Positions 19,037-28,728 of a stretch of DNA of 64,000 nt are shown piece by piece; within the stretch, counting starts at the first letter, position 1, and each line of letters opens with the position of its first letter. Under the pieces are notes generated by a model. It was not told where the DNA came from. It made no database searches and saw only the letters and a list, made by a program, of their open reading frames with translations. Origin of the DNA: an uncultured Clostridia bacterium (GTDB lineage Bacteria; Bacillota; Clostridia; TANB77; CAG-508); the NCBI GenBank assembly GCA_947626735.1, contig CANQTK010000005.1:178-64177 (forward strand), in the 5' to 3' direction. Both the position numbers and the translations under genes were made by a program.

Positions 19037-19363
19037 ATGGCAGTAGATTTTAGTATTATTGGAAAACGTATTAAAGAAGCCAGAAAGAAAAAAGGATTAA
19101 CACAAGAACAGTTGGTAGAAAAAATGGGAGTTTCTATTGCCTATTTAAGTAAAGTAGAAACTGGTAAAATTCATCTTAATTTAGAAAGATTATCTCAAAT
19201 TTGCCATTTTTTAGATGTTTCAGAAGGAGAAATTTTAAATGGAGTTTCTAATCATTCCGAAAAATATTTACATTACGAATTTTATGAACTATTAAAACAA
19301 TGTTCTCCAAAGAAACAAAAACTAATTTATCAAATTGTAAAAGTGATTGCAACAGAAATATAA
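19037..19363 (+). CDS. XRE family HTH transcriptional regulator (paralog 2)
   Basis: 108 aa. Collinear with 18543..18869 over its full length (IGKRIKEARKKKGLTQEQLVEKMGVSIAYLSKVETG ... ILNGVSN.S.KYL..EF..LLK.CS..KQKLIY). Confidence 0.85.
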   Translation: MAVDFSIIGKRIKEARKKKGLTQEQLVEKMGVSIAYLSKVETGKIHLNLERLSQICHFLDVSEGEILNGVSNHSEKYLHYEFYELLKQCSPKKQKLIYQIVKVIATEI

Positions 19364-19493
19364 TCGTTATTGGAAAGATTTGGACTCATCCCAAATCTTT
19401 CCTCATTTTTTCTGTTTGAAATCCTTGAAAAATAAAGAGCAATATGCTAAGATAAAAAGTGAGAAATAAAAAAATATAAAGGAGGATTTTTTT

Positions 19494-21728
19494 ATGGATT
19501 TTAAACAATGGGAAGGTTTTAACAAACTTGGAGAATGGACAAAAGAAATTGATGTTAGAGGCTTTATTCAAGCAAATTATACACCTTATGAGGGAGATGA
19601 TTCTTTCTTACAAGGACCAACCGAAAAGACAAAAAAATTATGGGATGAAGTATTAAAGCTTTATAAAAAAGAAAGAGAAAAAGGTGTACTTGATGTGGAC
19701 ACTAAAACCCCTTCTGGCGTAAACCGCTATGAAGCAGGTTATATTGACAAAGATTTGGAGCAAATTGTAGGGCTTCAAACAGATGCCCCTTTAAAGAGAG
19801 CAATTATGCCAAATGGTGGTATTAAAATTGTAGAAAAATCTTGTGAATCTTATGGTTATAAAGTAGACGAAGAAACAGATTACATTTATAACAATTTAAG
19901 AAGAACACACAATGATGGTGTTTTTGCAGTATACACCCCAGATATTAGAGCTGCTAGAAGTTCTCACTTAATTACAGGTCTTCCTGATGGTTATGGACGT
20001 GGAAGAATTATTGGTGATTATAGACGTGTTGCTTTATATGGTGTAGATGCTTTAATTGCTGAGAAGAAACAAGAATTAGAAATATTAGATGTCGATGAAT
20101 TCACGGAAAGTGTGATTCGTGAGCGTGAAGAAATTCATGACCAAATTGCTGCTTTAGAGGACTTAAAGAAAATGGCTGCAAAATATGGTTTTGATATTTC
20201 TGTTCCTGCTGCTAATGCAAAAGAAGCTATTCAATGGTTATACTTTGGTTATTTAGCTGCAACCAAGGACCAAAATGGTGCTGCTATGAGTATTGGTAGA
20301 ACTTCTACTTTCTTAGATATTTATATGGAAAGAGATTTCAAAAACGGTACTTTAACCGAAGAAGAAGCACAAGAATTAATGGATCATTTTGTTATGAAAT
20401 TACGTATGATTCGTTTCCTTCGTGCACCAGAATATAATGAATTATTTAGTGGAGACCCTGTTTGGGTAACCGAAAGTATTGGTGGTATGGGCGTTGATGG
20501 TAGAACCTTAGTGACGAAAAACTCTTACCGAGTTCTTCATACTTTAATGAACTTAGGACCTGCTCCAGAACCAAACTTAACAGTTCTATGGTCAAATAAT
20601 TTACCAGAAGGTTTCAAAAAATATACGGCAAAAATTTCCGTAAAAACATCTTCTATTCAATATGAAAATGATGATTTAATGAGAATTACTTTAGGAGATG
20701 ATTATGGTATTGCTTGCTGTGTTTCTGCTATGAAGATTGGTAAACAAATGCAATTCTTTGGAGCAAGAGCAAATCTTGCAAAAACTTTACTTTATGCAAT
20801 TAATGGTGGTAGAGACGAAAATAGTGGTAAACAAATTACACCAAAATTTGAAGCAATTACTTCTGAATATTTAGACTATGATGAAGTTATGGCTAAATTT
20901 GATAACATGATGGACTATGTTGCAAAAATTTATATTAAAGCCTTAAATGCGATTCATTATATGCATGATAAATATTCTTATGAAGCCTTAGAAATGGCCC
21001 TTCATGATAAAGAAATTTTAAGAACTATGGCATGTGGAATTGCAGGACTTTCTGTTGTTGCTGATTCTTTATCTGCAATTAAATATGCAAAAGTAAAAGT
21101 CATTCGTGATGAAACTGGTTTAGCAGTAGACTATGAAATTGAAGGAGATTTCCCAAAATACGGAAATGATGATGATAGAGTTGACCAAATTGCAGTTGAT
21201 GTTGTAAAAACTTTCTTAAGAAAATTACAAAAACATCAAACTTACAGAAATTCAAAACATACCCTTTCTGTTCTTACTATTACTTCTAATGTTGTGTATG
21301 GAAAAGCAACAGGAAATACACCAGACGGAAGACGTGCAGGCGTTCCATTTGGACCAGGTGCAAACCCATTACATGGTAGAGATACCAATGGTGCTGTAGC
21401 TGTTATGAACACCATTGCGAAACTTCCTTATGAATATTCAGAAGATGGTATTTCTTATACTTTCTCTATTACACCAGGAACGTTAGGAAAAGAATTAGAT
21501 ACACAAGTTACAAACTTAGTTAGTCTTCTTGATGGATATTTCAAACAAACAGGACATCATATTAATGTCAATGTATTTGATAGAGCATTACTAGAAGATG
21601 CTATGGAACATCCTGAAAAATACCCACAATTAACCATTCGTGTATCTGGCTATGCTGTAAACTTCATTAAATTAACAAGAGAACAACAATTAGATGTAAT
21701 TAACAGAACCATTCACGAGAAATTCTAA
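19494..21728 (+). CDS. pflB: formate C-acetyltransferase (pyruvate formate-lyase)
   Basis: 744 aa. Active-site ACCVSAM and C-terminal glycyl-radical motif [11 protein letters not shown]. Confidence 0.97.
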   Translation: MDFKQWEGFNKLGEWTKEIDVRGFIQANYTPYEGDDSFLQGPTEKTKKLWDEVLKLYKKEREKGVLDVDTKTPSGVNRYEAGYIDKDLEQIVGLQTDAPLKRAIMPNGGIKIVEKSCESYGYKVDEETDYIYNNLRRTHNDGVFAVYTPDIRAARSSHLITGLPDGYGRGRIIGDYRRVALYGVDALIAEKKQELEILDVDEFTESVIREREEIHDQIAALEDLKKMAAKYGFDISVPAANAKEAIQWLYFGYLAATKDQNGAAMSIGRTSTFLDIYMERDFKNGTLTEEEAQELMDHFVMKLRMIRFLRAPEYNELFSGDPVWVTESIGGMGVDGRTLVTKNSYRVLHTLMNLGPAPEPNLTVLWSNNLPEGFKKYTAKISVKTSSIQYENDDLMRITLGDDYGIACCVSAMKIGKQMQFFGARANLAKTLLYAINGGRDENSGKQITPKFEAITSEYLDYDEVMAKFDNMMDYVAKIYIKALNAIHYMHDKYSYEALEMALHDKEILRTMACGIAGLSVVADSLSAIKYAKVKVIRDETGLAVDYEIEGDFPKYGNDDDRVDQIAVDVVKTFLRKLQKHQTYRNSKHTLSVLTITSNVVYGKATGNTPDGRRAGVPFGPGANPLHGRDTNGAVAVMNTIAKLPYEYSEDGISYTFSITPGTLGKELDTQVTNLVSLLDGYFKQTGHHINVNVFDRALLEDAMEHPEKYPQLTIRVSGYAVNFIKLTREQQLDVINRTIHEKF

Positions 21729-21741
21729 TGAAAATGAAAAA

Positions 21742-21785
21742 CTGCCTTAACTTGTTTTAAACACAATAGGTTAAGGTAGTTTTTA
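21742..21785 (+). terminator. pflB intrinsic terminator
   Basis: CTGCCTTAAC...GTTAAGGTAG stem followed by TTTTT. Confidence 0.6.
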
Positions 21786-21797
21786 ATTGTTAAAAAA

Positions 21798-21850
21798 GCG
21801 AGCCTAAGATTTTCTAGCAAATAGAAATTTTAAGAAAATCTAAGGCTCGC
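21798..21850. repeat. long inverted repeat (18-bp arms, one mismatch)
   Basis: GCGAGCCTAAGATTTTCT ... AGAAAATCTAAGGCTCGC with a 17-nt loop. Followed by a third hairpin GGAAAGTCCTCCTT/AAGGAGAACTTTCC at 21867-21895. Confidence 0.7.
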
Positions 21851-21910
21851 CATATTTATCTAGTACGGAAAGTCCTCCTTCAAGGAGAACTTTCCCACTA
21901 TATAAAAAAA

Positions 21911-21941
21911 GACAAGATGTGTTTTACATCTTGCCTTTTTT
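21911..21941. terminator. bidirectional terminator (serves the minus-strand 204-aa ORF)
   Basis: GACAAGATGT-gtttt-ACATCTTGCC flanked by an A-run and a T-run. Confidence 0.55.
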
Positions 21942-21979
21942 GATGTTTTTAAATAATGAACTTTATGAAGTAATGGTTT

Positions 21980-22594
21980 CTACCAACTTCTCATTTCCAT
22001 CACTTTTCCTTCTTTTCTTTCTTCGTATATTTTCTTTTGTATCTCTTCGTCAGCATTTGCAAATAAGTCATGTGTTAGCCTATAATCGTGAACTACAAAC
22101 ATCTTTTGTAAAGTTGCTAATCTTTCAGATACTTCTTCCGCTTGGCGAATGCTCTTTTGTTTATCAAAATCAATTCTTGATAATGTTTCGTTAGAAACCC
22201 ATTGTTTCAGTGTTCGCTTCGCCCGAGAAATATTTTGTTTTACTTCTTTTTTTGAATGTTCTTTCACTTTATATAGTGTTAAATTTTCAAATACTTCAAA
22301 TATTTGACGGCGGTAAGTTTTCATTCTTTCATCGTCTGGAAGTAAGAAGCATTCAAAGTCAAAAGTAAAACTAATGTCTACTAATCTTTTTATCGTTTCA
22401 CAGCCATAGCATAAACGATAACCTTCATAGGATTTATACCCAATTCCTTGGATTTGCATCACTAACATTGATAAGGTTGACCAGCCTTGATAGCAACTAT
22501 ACTCGCTCATTTCCCGTATTTCTTCTTCCGTATATTCTTTTTTTAGAACAGGTACATAACCTACTAAATTCTGATTTTCTTTTAACCAAATCAT
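21980..22594 (-). CDS. hypothetical protein (inserted between pflB and pflA)
   Basis: 204-aa ORF with a GGAGG RBS and no recognisable domain. Contains two in-frame CGG codons (22223-22225, 22514-22516). Confidence 0.5.
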   Translation of the reverse strand: MIWLKENQNLVGYVPVLKKEYTEEEIREMSEYSCYQGWSTLSMLVMQIQGIGYKSYEGYRLCYGCETIKRLVDISFTFDFECFLLPDDERMKTYRRQIFEVFENLTLYKVKEHSKKEVKQNISRAKRTLKQWVSNETLSRIDFDKQKSIRQAEEVSERLATLQKMFVVHDYRLTHDLFANADEEIQKKIYEERKEGKVMEMRSW

Positions 22595-22782
22595 ATTCTT
22601 CCTCCTTTAATAACAAATTATTGTTTTTAAGTTTTTATATAGACTTGTACTTGACAAGATAATAAAATTAGTAACCAAATTTTAGCATATTTCTATTAAA
22701 AAGTCAATTGTTGTGGATAAATAATAGTGTTACGAAATTTTATAACTTCTTAAAAAAATTACAAAATTTTGTTCTGTTTATA

Positions 22783-22811
22783 TTGATTTTTATAGTTTAA
22801 CATGTTATACT
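22783..22811 (+). promoter_or_regulatory. candidate promoter of the small hydrophobic-peptide mRNA
   Basis: TTGATT (22783-22788), 17 nt, TGtTATACT extended -10 (22803-22811). Confidence 0.45.
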
Positions 22812-22894
22812 AACTAACATAGGAAATGAGAATAAGCAGATGTGGTTTGCCACTTTTAGTTCACAACCTTGGTTGTGAGAATGGAGGTGGTGCT

Positions 22895-23005
22895 ATGATA
22901 GAAGTTGTTTTATTAGAAATAATATACTTACTTTTATTTGGCTTAATTGTCGAAACTATTATAGTATTTGCCTTAATTATACAGATTATAATTTTAAGCA
23001 AATAG
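22895..23005 (+). CDS. 36-aa hydrophobic peptide, candidate type I toxin
   Basis: GGAGG at 22883-22887, 7 nt before the ATG. MIEVVLLEIIYLLLFGLIVETIIVFALIIQIIILSK. Not in the ORF track because it is shorter than 60 aa. An 8-bp hairpin TCACAACC/GGTTGTGA lies just 5' of the RBS. Confidence 0.45.
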   Translation: MIEVVLLEIIYLLLFGLIVETIIVFALIIQIIILSK

Positions 23006-23009
23006 ACAA

Positions 23010-23097
23010 TAAAAAAACACATCTGTAACTTGACCGGTTCAATGTGTTTTTTTACATAACTAACTGGCAAACCACGTTTGTGGTTTCTCCATTTCCT
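23010..23097 (-). ncRNA. candidate antisense sRNA (putative type I antitoxin)
   Basis: Bounded by a consensus minus-strand promoter and the bidirectional terminator. Its 5' end (ATAGGAAATGGAGAAACCAC..GTGGTTTGCCAG) mirrors the 5' leader of the peptide mRNA. Confidence 0.3.
23011..23053. terminator. bidirectional terminator shared by the convergent peptide mRNA and candidate sRNA
   Basis: AAAAAAACACAT ... ATGTGTTTTTTT with an inner TTGACCGGTTCAA palindrome. Confidence 0.6.
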
Positions 23098-23103
23098 ATC
23101 TTT

Positions 23104-23132
23104 ATTATATACAACTATTTAAAAAATGTCAA
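23104..23132 (-). promoter_or_regulatory. consensus sigma-A promoter on the minus strand
   Basis: Minus strand reads TTGACA (23132-23127), 17 nt, TATAAT (23109-23104). It points away from pflA toward the peptide gene. Confidence 0.55.
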
Positions 23133-23155
23133 ATTATTTTATAAAGGAGACAGCA

Positions 23156-23864
23156 ATGAACGGAAAAATTCATTCTTTTGAAAGTTTAGGTGCAGTAGAT
23201 GGTCCAGGTATTCGCTTTGTTATTTTTATGCAAGGTTGTGCTTTGCAATGTCAATACTGCCAAAATAGAGATACTTGGGATTTACATGGCGGAACAGAAT
23301 ATTCTGCAGATGAAGTCTTAGAAAGAATTTTAAAATATAAAAATTATATTATGCCTCACCGGAGGCGTTACCATTAGTGGTGGCGAACCTCTTTTACAAG
23401 TTCCATTTTTAATAGAATTATTTGCGAAATTAAAAGAGCATGGTATTCATACTTGCATTGATACTTCTGGAAGTGTCAATATTACTGAAGATATGAAAAA
23501 ATTAATTGATTTAACAGATTTATTTTTACTTGATATTAAATGTATCAATGATGAAAAATGTATTCAATTAACGGGAGTTTCAAACAAAAAAGAGCTTGCT
23601 TTTGCCAGATATTTAAGTGAAATTCATAAACCTATGTGGATTAGGCAAGTGTTAGTTCCTACCATTACAGACGATGAGAAGGATTTATTACAATTAAAAG
23701 ATTTTATATCTAGTTTAAATAGTGTAGAAAAGGTAGAAATTCTTCCTTACCATGATTTAGGTAAATTCAAATGGGAAAATTTGGGATGTTCCTATCCTTT
23801 AGATGGGCTTAGAACCGCCTCACAAGAAGATGTAAAAAGAGCAAAAGAACTATTAGGAATTTAA
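23156..23864 (+). pseudogene. pflA: pyruvate formate-lyase activating enzyme, frame broken at CGG 23360-23362
   Basis: MNGKIHSFESLGAVDGPGIRFVIFMQGCALQCQYCQNRDTW (CxxxCxxC) then ..IMPH|GGVTISGGEPLLQ..., continuing into ORF 23493..23864. AAGGAG RBS before ATG 23156. Confidence 0.9.
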
Positions 23865-23893
23865 CGATTTAGCATTACTAAATAAATTAATTT

Positions 23894-23935
23894 AAAAAGA
23901 AGATTTAAAATGAAATAATTTTAAATCTTCTTTTT
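23894..23935. terminator. bidirectional terminator between pflA and the convergent membrane-protein gene
   Basis: AAAAAGAAGATTTAAAA-loop-TTTTAAATCTTCTTTTT. Confidence 0.6.
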
Positions 23936-23999
23936 ATTTTTCTAATCATATCTAAAATGTAAAACGAAATAGACAATTTTTCATAAATTTATCTTTCTT

Positions 24000-24860
24000 C
24001 TAAACTTGCATGATGAAATCAATGATAATTCCACTAACTACTCCAATGCCATATAGCAAAGCTAATATTTTAAAATTCTCTTTTCTATTTTTATTTACTC
24101 TAAATAAAATCAAAATTCCAATACCAGAGCCTACTAGTAATCCACCTATCATAGCACCAAATGAAATAACTTGTCCTAAATATAACTGTGTTAGTATCAC
24201 AGAACCTGCACAATTTGGAATAAGTCCTACAAGACCTGCTATTACTGGTCCTATAATTGGCATATTTAAAATTAGGTTTGCTAAATTTTCTTCTCCTATC
24301 CAATAAATAATACTATTAATGAAAAAAGAAATAAGAAGAATAAAGAAGAATATGTGTAATGTATGTTGAATTGCAGATTTGAAAATGCCTCCTTCTTCAC
24401 AATGGCAATGTTCATGCTCACAAATATGTCCTATTTCATCTTCTACACTTTCTTGCTTTTTCTTTTTGCTTACTTGTCCTATGGCATCAATGATAAATCC
24501 TGCTATCATACCAATTGCTAATTTGATAGCTAATATTTGTAAAATGGTAGTAATTGGCGCTGCCTCTGAAATAAGAACAGGTAACATTTCATCTGATGTG
24601 GATAAGAAAATCGCAATTAAAGTTCCTAAAGTAATGATTTTTCCTGTATATAGATTAGCTGCTGCGGCAGAAAAACCACATTGTGGAAAAATTCCTAAAA
24701 TACTTCCAAAAAGTGGTCCAAATTTTCCTGATTTTTGAATCACATTTTTTGCTTTTTCTCCTGTTTTATGCTCAATATATTCCATAATGAGATACGTAAC
24801 TAATAAGAATGGTAATAATTTAATACTATCTACTAGCGTATCTAATATAACATTTATCAT
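24000..24860 (-). CDS. ArsP_2 / putative metal (Mn or arsenic-type) efflux permease family protein
   Basis: Polytopic membrane protein. FPQCGFSAAAANLY and IPNCAGSVILTQLY twin motifs and a His/Cys-rich loop HICEHEHCHCEEGG. Start taken at MINVILDTL. Confidence 0.6.
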   Translation of the reverse strand: MINVILDTLVDSIKLLPFLLVTYLIMEYIEHKTGEKAKNVIQKSGKFGPLFGSILGIFPQCGFSAAAANLYTGKIITLGTLIAIFLSTSDEMLPVLISEAAPITTILQILAIKLAIGMIAGFIIDAIGQVSKKKKQESVEDEIGHICEHEHCHCEEGGIFKSAIQHTLHIFFFILLISFFINSIIYWIGEENLANLILNMPIIGPVIAGLVGLIPNCAGSVILTQLYLGQVISFGAMIGGLLVGSGIGILILFRVNKNRKENFKILALLYGIGVVSGIIIDFIMQV

Positions 24861-24934
24861 GGTATTTTCTCCCATTTTTCTTTTTCATTGGTTTTATCAT
24901 ACCACAAAATTCGTACTTTTACAACTACTTCCTT

Positions 24935-25804
24935 TTATTCTTTTTTACAAACTTCTTTTATCCTATCAATATTTTTTACCACACAATCATAGCCATATTG
25001 GTAACAATGGTCTAGTTTTTCTACATCCAATAAACCGACTTTGTCGGTATAAACATTGAGTACAATATCACTCATTTCTAAGCTTTCTTCTGATATTTTA
25101 CTACCCATAATATCAATAGTTTTCATCACAATATCCATTAAATTACTATTTTCATCAATTGGATCTGCATCAAATTTCACGGCAATTACTTTTTTAGCCC
25201 CTTGCTTTTTTACTTCATATACTGGTACATTATCTAACATACCTCCATCCATAAAGGCATGATTTTCCATTAAACAGGGATTGAATACGGCAGGAAAACT
25301 ACTACTTGCCCTTACTGCTTTTCCTACACTAATATTGGTAATATATTGGGAGGAATCCTCTGTTTTTGGTGGAATTTGGTTTGTAAAAATATATTCTTTG
25401 GACTGCGCAATATCTACACTTGGTATCACAATGGGCATTGGAATTTGCTCTATGGTCTTAATCCCTTTTCTTGCGGCTAATTGATTATAAACCTTTTCTA
25501 TCACTTCTCCATCTTTTAGTCCTGTTAGTGTTTTTTTCTTAGGAAAAAAATAGCTTTGTATACCAGATAAAATTGGTTTTGTATTTAAAGCTGCTATATC
25601 TTTTGAATAACGTTTAAATAATAGATAAATATAATGTGGTGCATACCCCATAGCATACAAGCTTGCTATCATACTTCCTGCACTAGTTCCACCTATGACA
25701 TCAATTTTAATTTTATAATCTTCTAAAGCTTTTAAAACGCCAGCATGAGCGATACCTCGAATGCCACCTCCAGATAAAGCAACTCCTATTTTCAATAAAA
25801 ACAC
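24935..25804 (-). CDS. patatin-like phospholipase
   Basis: GVALSGGGIRGIAHAGVLKAL oxyanion motif, GTSAGS nucleophile elbow, DGG near the C-terminal part. Confidence 0.85.
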   Translation of the reverse strand: MFLLKIGVALSGGGIRGIAHAGVLKALEDYKIKIDVIGGTSAGSMIASLYAMGYAPHYIYLLFKRYSKDIAALNTKPILSGIQSYFFPKKKTLTGLKDGEVIEKVYNQLAARKGIKTIEQIPMPIVIPSVDIAQSKEYIFTNQIPPKTEDSSQYITNISVGKAVRASSSFPAVFNPCLMENHAFMDGGMLDNVPVYEVKKQGAKKVIAVKFDADPIDENSNLMDIVMKTIDIMGSKISEESLEMSDIVLNVYTDKVGLLDVEKLDHCYQYGYDCVVKNIDRIKEVCKKE

Positions 25805-25872
25805 CTCCTATACGCTTTACCTATATTATTTACTAATATTATATGTTTAAACGTATAAGAGGTTATTTTAAT

Positions 25873-28275
25873 TTAAAATCCGGTTCTTGGTAACTTTGGC
25901 TTTTCTGGTTCTTTGGAAAGATTGGTAATTATAATTTCTTCTATTTTTTCATGCTCTTTTATTTCAATAGTAAATTCTTCTTCAGTTAATAGATAATCTT
26001 CGTCTGTTTTTATTTCTTTTATCGTATAAATTCCTTTTGGCAATTTACTACTAAGTGCTATTCCTTCTTCATTAGTTGTAAGTGTTTCTACTACTTCTCC
26101 TTCTTCGGTTCTTATTTCAAATACTACATTGGAAATAGGAGTTCCTTTTGGCTTTCCATTTCTTAGATTATCGTCTTTACTTACTTTTACTATTTTAATT
26201 TGACCTTTTATTTTTTCATTTTCTAATTGCAATACTGCTACTTTTCCATATTGTATTTCTACTTTTACTGTTTCTTCGTTTAATACATATTCATCTTTTG
26301 TTTTGACTTCTTTTATAAAATAGTTTCCTATTGGTAAATCTTTTGTTATAGCATGTCCGTTTTTATCGGTTACTAATTTATCTACTACATTATTGTTAAC
26401 ATCTAATACTTCAAATTCTACATTTTCTAATTTTATTTCATGATTTTCTTGATCTACTTTATAAACTTCAATTTTGCCTTTTTTCTTTTCATTTTCTACT
26501 TTTATGGTTGATGTCTTTTGATTTTTTACTTCTACTTTTATGATGTTTTGATTTAATAAATAGCTACGTTTTGTTCTGATTTCTCTTAAATAATAGGTTC
26601 CCACTGGAAGCCTTCCTGTAATGGCATACCCATCTTGATTGGTAACTAGTGTTTGCACTAGCTTTTTATTGCTATCTAATACTTCAAATACCACTCCTTC
26701 TAGTGCATACTTTTGATTATCTTTATCTATTTTATAAACTGCAATTTGTCCTTTTTGCTTTTTATTTTCTACGGTTTCTATGGTAGTTTCTTTCCATTTT
26801 ATTTCTATTTTTCTATCTTGTGCTAATTCATATCCTGCTTGTGTTTTTGTTTCTTTTAAAATATAAGTTCCTATTTCTAAATTTTCTAAATAGGCTTCTC
26901 CTTTTTTATTTGTGATAAGCTTTTTTACAAAATTTCCTTTGTTATCATATAGCTCAAATTCTACATTTTCTAAAGCTATTTCATGGTTTTCTGCATCTAC
27001 TTTTATAATTTTGAAATTTCCTTTTTTACGTTCGTTTTCAAAAGTAATACTAGAGACTTTTCCCCATTCTAATTTTACTTCTTTTTCTTGACTTGCTAAA
27101 ATATAAGGTTCTGGTACTTTAATTTCCTTTATAGTAACCGTTTGAGGTTCTAAGTTTTCTAAAGTGGCAATCCCTTTTTGATTGGTTGTTACTTCTGCTA
27201 TTTTATTTTTGGTTTTGTCTTTTATTTCAAAAGTAACATTAGGAATTGGCTTTTTCGTTTCTTGATCTATTTTTTGAATTTGTAAAGAACTCGTATTGGC
27301 TTTTACTTCTAAAGTAGTTTGCGTATTTGCTTTTTCGTATCCACTCATATAGGTAACATAGCTTTGTGCTTCAGGAATACTACTATTACAATAAAAAATT
27401 GGGTTTGTTTTCACCTCTGCATTTTGAATGTAAATAGTTCCTTTTATATTTTGTATAATTTGATTCGTTGGAATTGCTATTTTAAAAGAATTTTGTGTAA
27501 AACTTGTTTGCTCTTGGTTATTGGAATTTAATATTTTGGTTCCGTTTGGAAAATTTTGAATTAAAACTTCATAAGACTTTAAATTTTTATTTGCGCTTAC
27601 CTTATAATTTTGAACATAGTAAGATGTATTTTGAAGATTTTCTACAGTTTTTTCTCCTTGTGCAATTACATTTACGTTTGCAGCTGCATAAGTTTCTGTT
27701 CCGTGAATTCCATATTCGTATAAAGTTTGGGCTACTTCTAAAGCTTTTTTTCCTCTTCTTTGTATTTCTTCTACCGTGTTTCCATCGACACTTCGATTTC
27801 CTAAAATATATTTTGTCTTTGGTGTACTACCATCTTTTAGGCAGTGTAAAGCTATTTTTGTTGCTGTATACAAGTCATCATCACATTCTAAGTTCCAGTC
27901 TAAATAAGAAGAACCCATATACCCTTTATTTAGAATACGCCAAATCGCATTATCTTTTTCTTTTTGAAGAGTTGTATTGTAAGAAGTATAACCTGTGCCT
28001 ACCCCTTCTTTTGCTGGTTCTACACAAAAAGCAGGATACTTTTTATTTTCTGCTTGGTCATAATAGTATACATACCACACTACTTTATAACTCCATTTTT
28101 GTTCTTTTTCCATCCAATATTCTACTAAAGAGTCACATTCATGATCTCCTTGCAAAAGAATGGTATCTCCTTCTTTAATACTTGCCTTTACAGGGACAAG
28201 ATTTCCCGCTAATTGTATGAATTGTAAAATTAATAATACCACTATCAATATTTTTGTTTTAATTTGTTTTTTCAT
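25873..28275 (-). CDS. large surface adhesin: thioester-domain-like head plus about six Cna-B/SpaA (prealbumin-fold) repeats; ends at LPRTGF
   Basis: Signal peptide MKKQIKTKILIVVLLIL. YPAFCVEP...YTATKIALH head. Repeats of KG.I.I.KVD.EN.E..LENVEFEL.D....V..L.T...G.A....L.IG.Y..KE.KT...Y.L. The C-terminus is ..KLPRTGF followed directly by the stop. Confidence 0.75.
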   Translation of the reverse strand: MKKQIKTKILIVVLLILQFIQLAGNLVPVKASIKEGDTILLQGDHECDSLVEYWMEKEQKWSYKVVWYVYYYDQAENKKYPAFCVEPAKEGVGTGYTSYNTTLQKEKDNAIWRILNKGYMGSSYLDWNLECDDDLYTATKIALHCLKDGSTPKTKYILGNRSVDGNTVEEIQRRGKKALEVAQTLYEYGIHGTETYAAANVNVIAQGEKTVENLQNTSYYVQNYKVSANKNLKSYEVLIQNFPNGTKILNSNNQEQTSFTQNSFKIAIPTNQIIQNIKGTIYIQNAEVKTNPIFYCNSSIPEAQSYVTYMSGYEKANTQTTLEVKANTSSLQIQKIDQETKKPIPNVTFEIKDKTKNKIAEVTTNQKGIATLENLEPQTVTIKEIKVPEPYILASQEKEVKLEWGKVSSITFENERKKGNFKIIKVDAENHEIALENVEFELYDNKGNFVKKLITNKKGEAYLENLEIGTYILKETKTQAGYELAQDRKIEIKWKETTIETVENKKQKGQIAVYKIDKDNQKYALEGVVFEVLDSNKKLVQTLVTNQDGYAITGRLPVGTYYLREIRTKRSYLLNQNIIKVEVKNQKTSTIKVENEKKKGKIEVYKVDQENHEIKLENVEFEVLDVNNNVVDKLVTDKNGHAITKDLPIGNYFIKEVKTKDEYVLNEETVKVEIQYGKVAVLQLENEKIKGQIKIVKVSKDDNLRNGKPKGTPISNVVFEIRTEEGEVVETLTTNEEGIALSSKLPKGIYTIKEIKTDEDYLLTEEEFTIEIKEHEKIEEIIITNLSKEPEKPKLPRTGF

Positions 28276-28415
28276 TATTTCATCCTTTCTTGTTTTTATG
28301 ATAATTAGGAGAAAAAGATAAATTGAAATGAAAAACAAAAAAGAAAAAGACCAAATAAAAACGTTTTTACGTTTTTATTTAGCCCCTATTTAACATTCCT
28401 TATGTATTTTATTTA

Positions 28416-28697
28416 TTACTCTTGCGTAAATGGTAATATTGCAATTTGTCTTGCTCTCTTTACTGCTAAAGTAATATCTCTTTGATGTTTTGCACATGCT
28501 CCTGTTGCTCTTCTTGGTAATATTTTACCTTTATCGTTAATGAACTTTTTCAATTGATCTGCATTTTTATAATCTAAAACAAGATTTTTGTCTGCACATA
28601 AAGGACAAACTTTTTTTCTTATTTTTCTAAATCTTGGATTGAAATCATCATCAACATTATTATTTCTATTATTTCTTTTTTGTTTTTTATCTGCCAT
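28416..28697 (-). CDS. rpsR: 30S ribosomal protein S18
   Basis: [60 protein letters not shown]. Confidence 0.97.
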   Translation of the reverse strand: MADKKQKRNNRNNNVDDDFNPRFRKIRKKVCPLCADKNLVLDYKNADQLKKFINDKGKILPRRATGACAKHQRDITLAVKRARQIAILPFTQE

Positions 28698-28728
28698 TGT
28701 CTTTTCCCCCTATCTTAATTTGTATCTG

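Noticed and set aside
22861-23070. 69-aa minus-strand ORF
   Set aside because: It has no RBS. It spans the terminator and is antisense to the better-supported 36-aa peptide gene.
27504-28178. 224-aa plus-strand ORF
   Set aside because: It is antisense to the adhesin gene. Its L/F-rich translation is an artefact of the K/E-rich repeats on the other strand.
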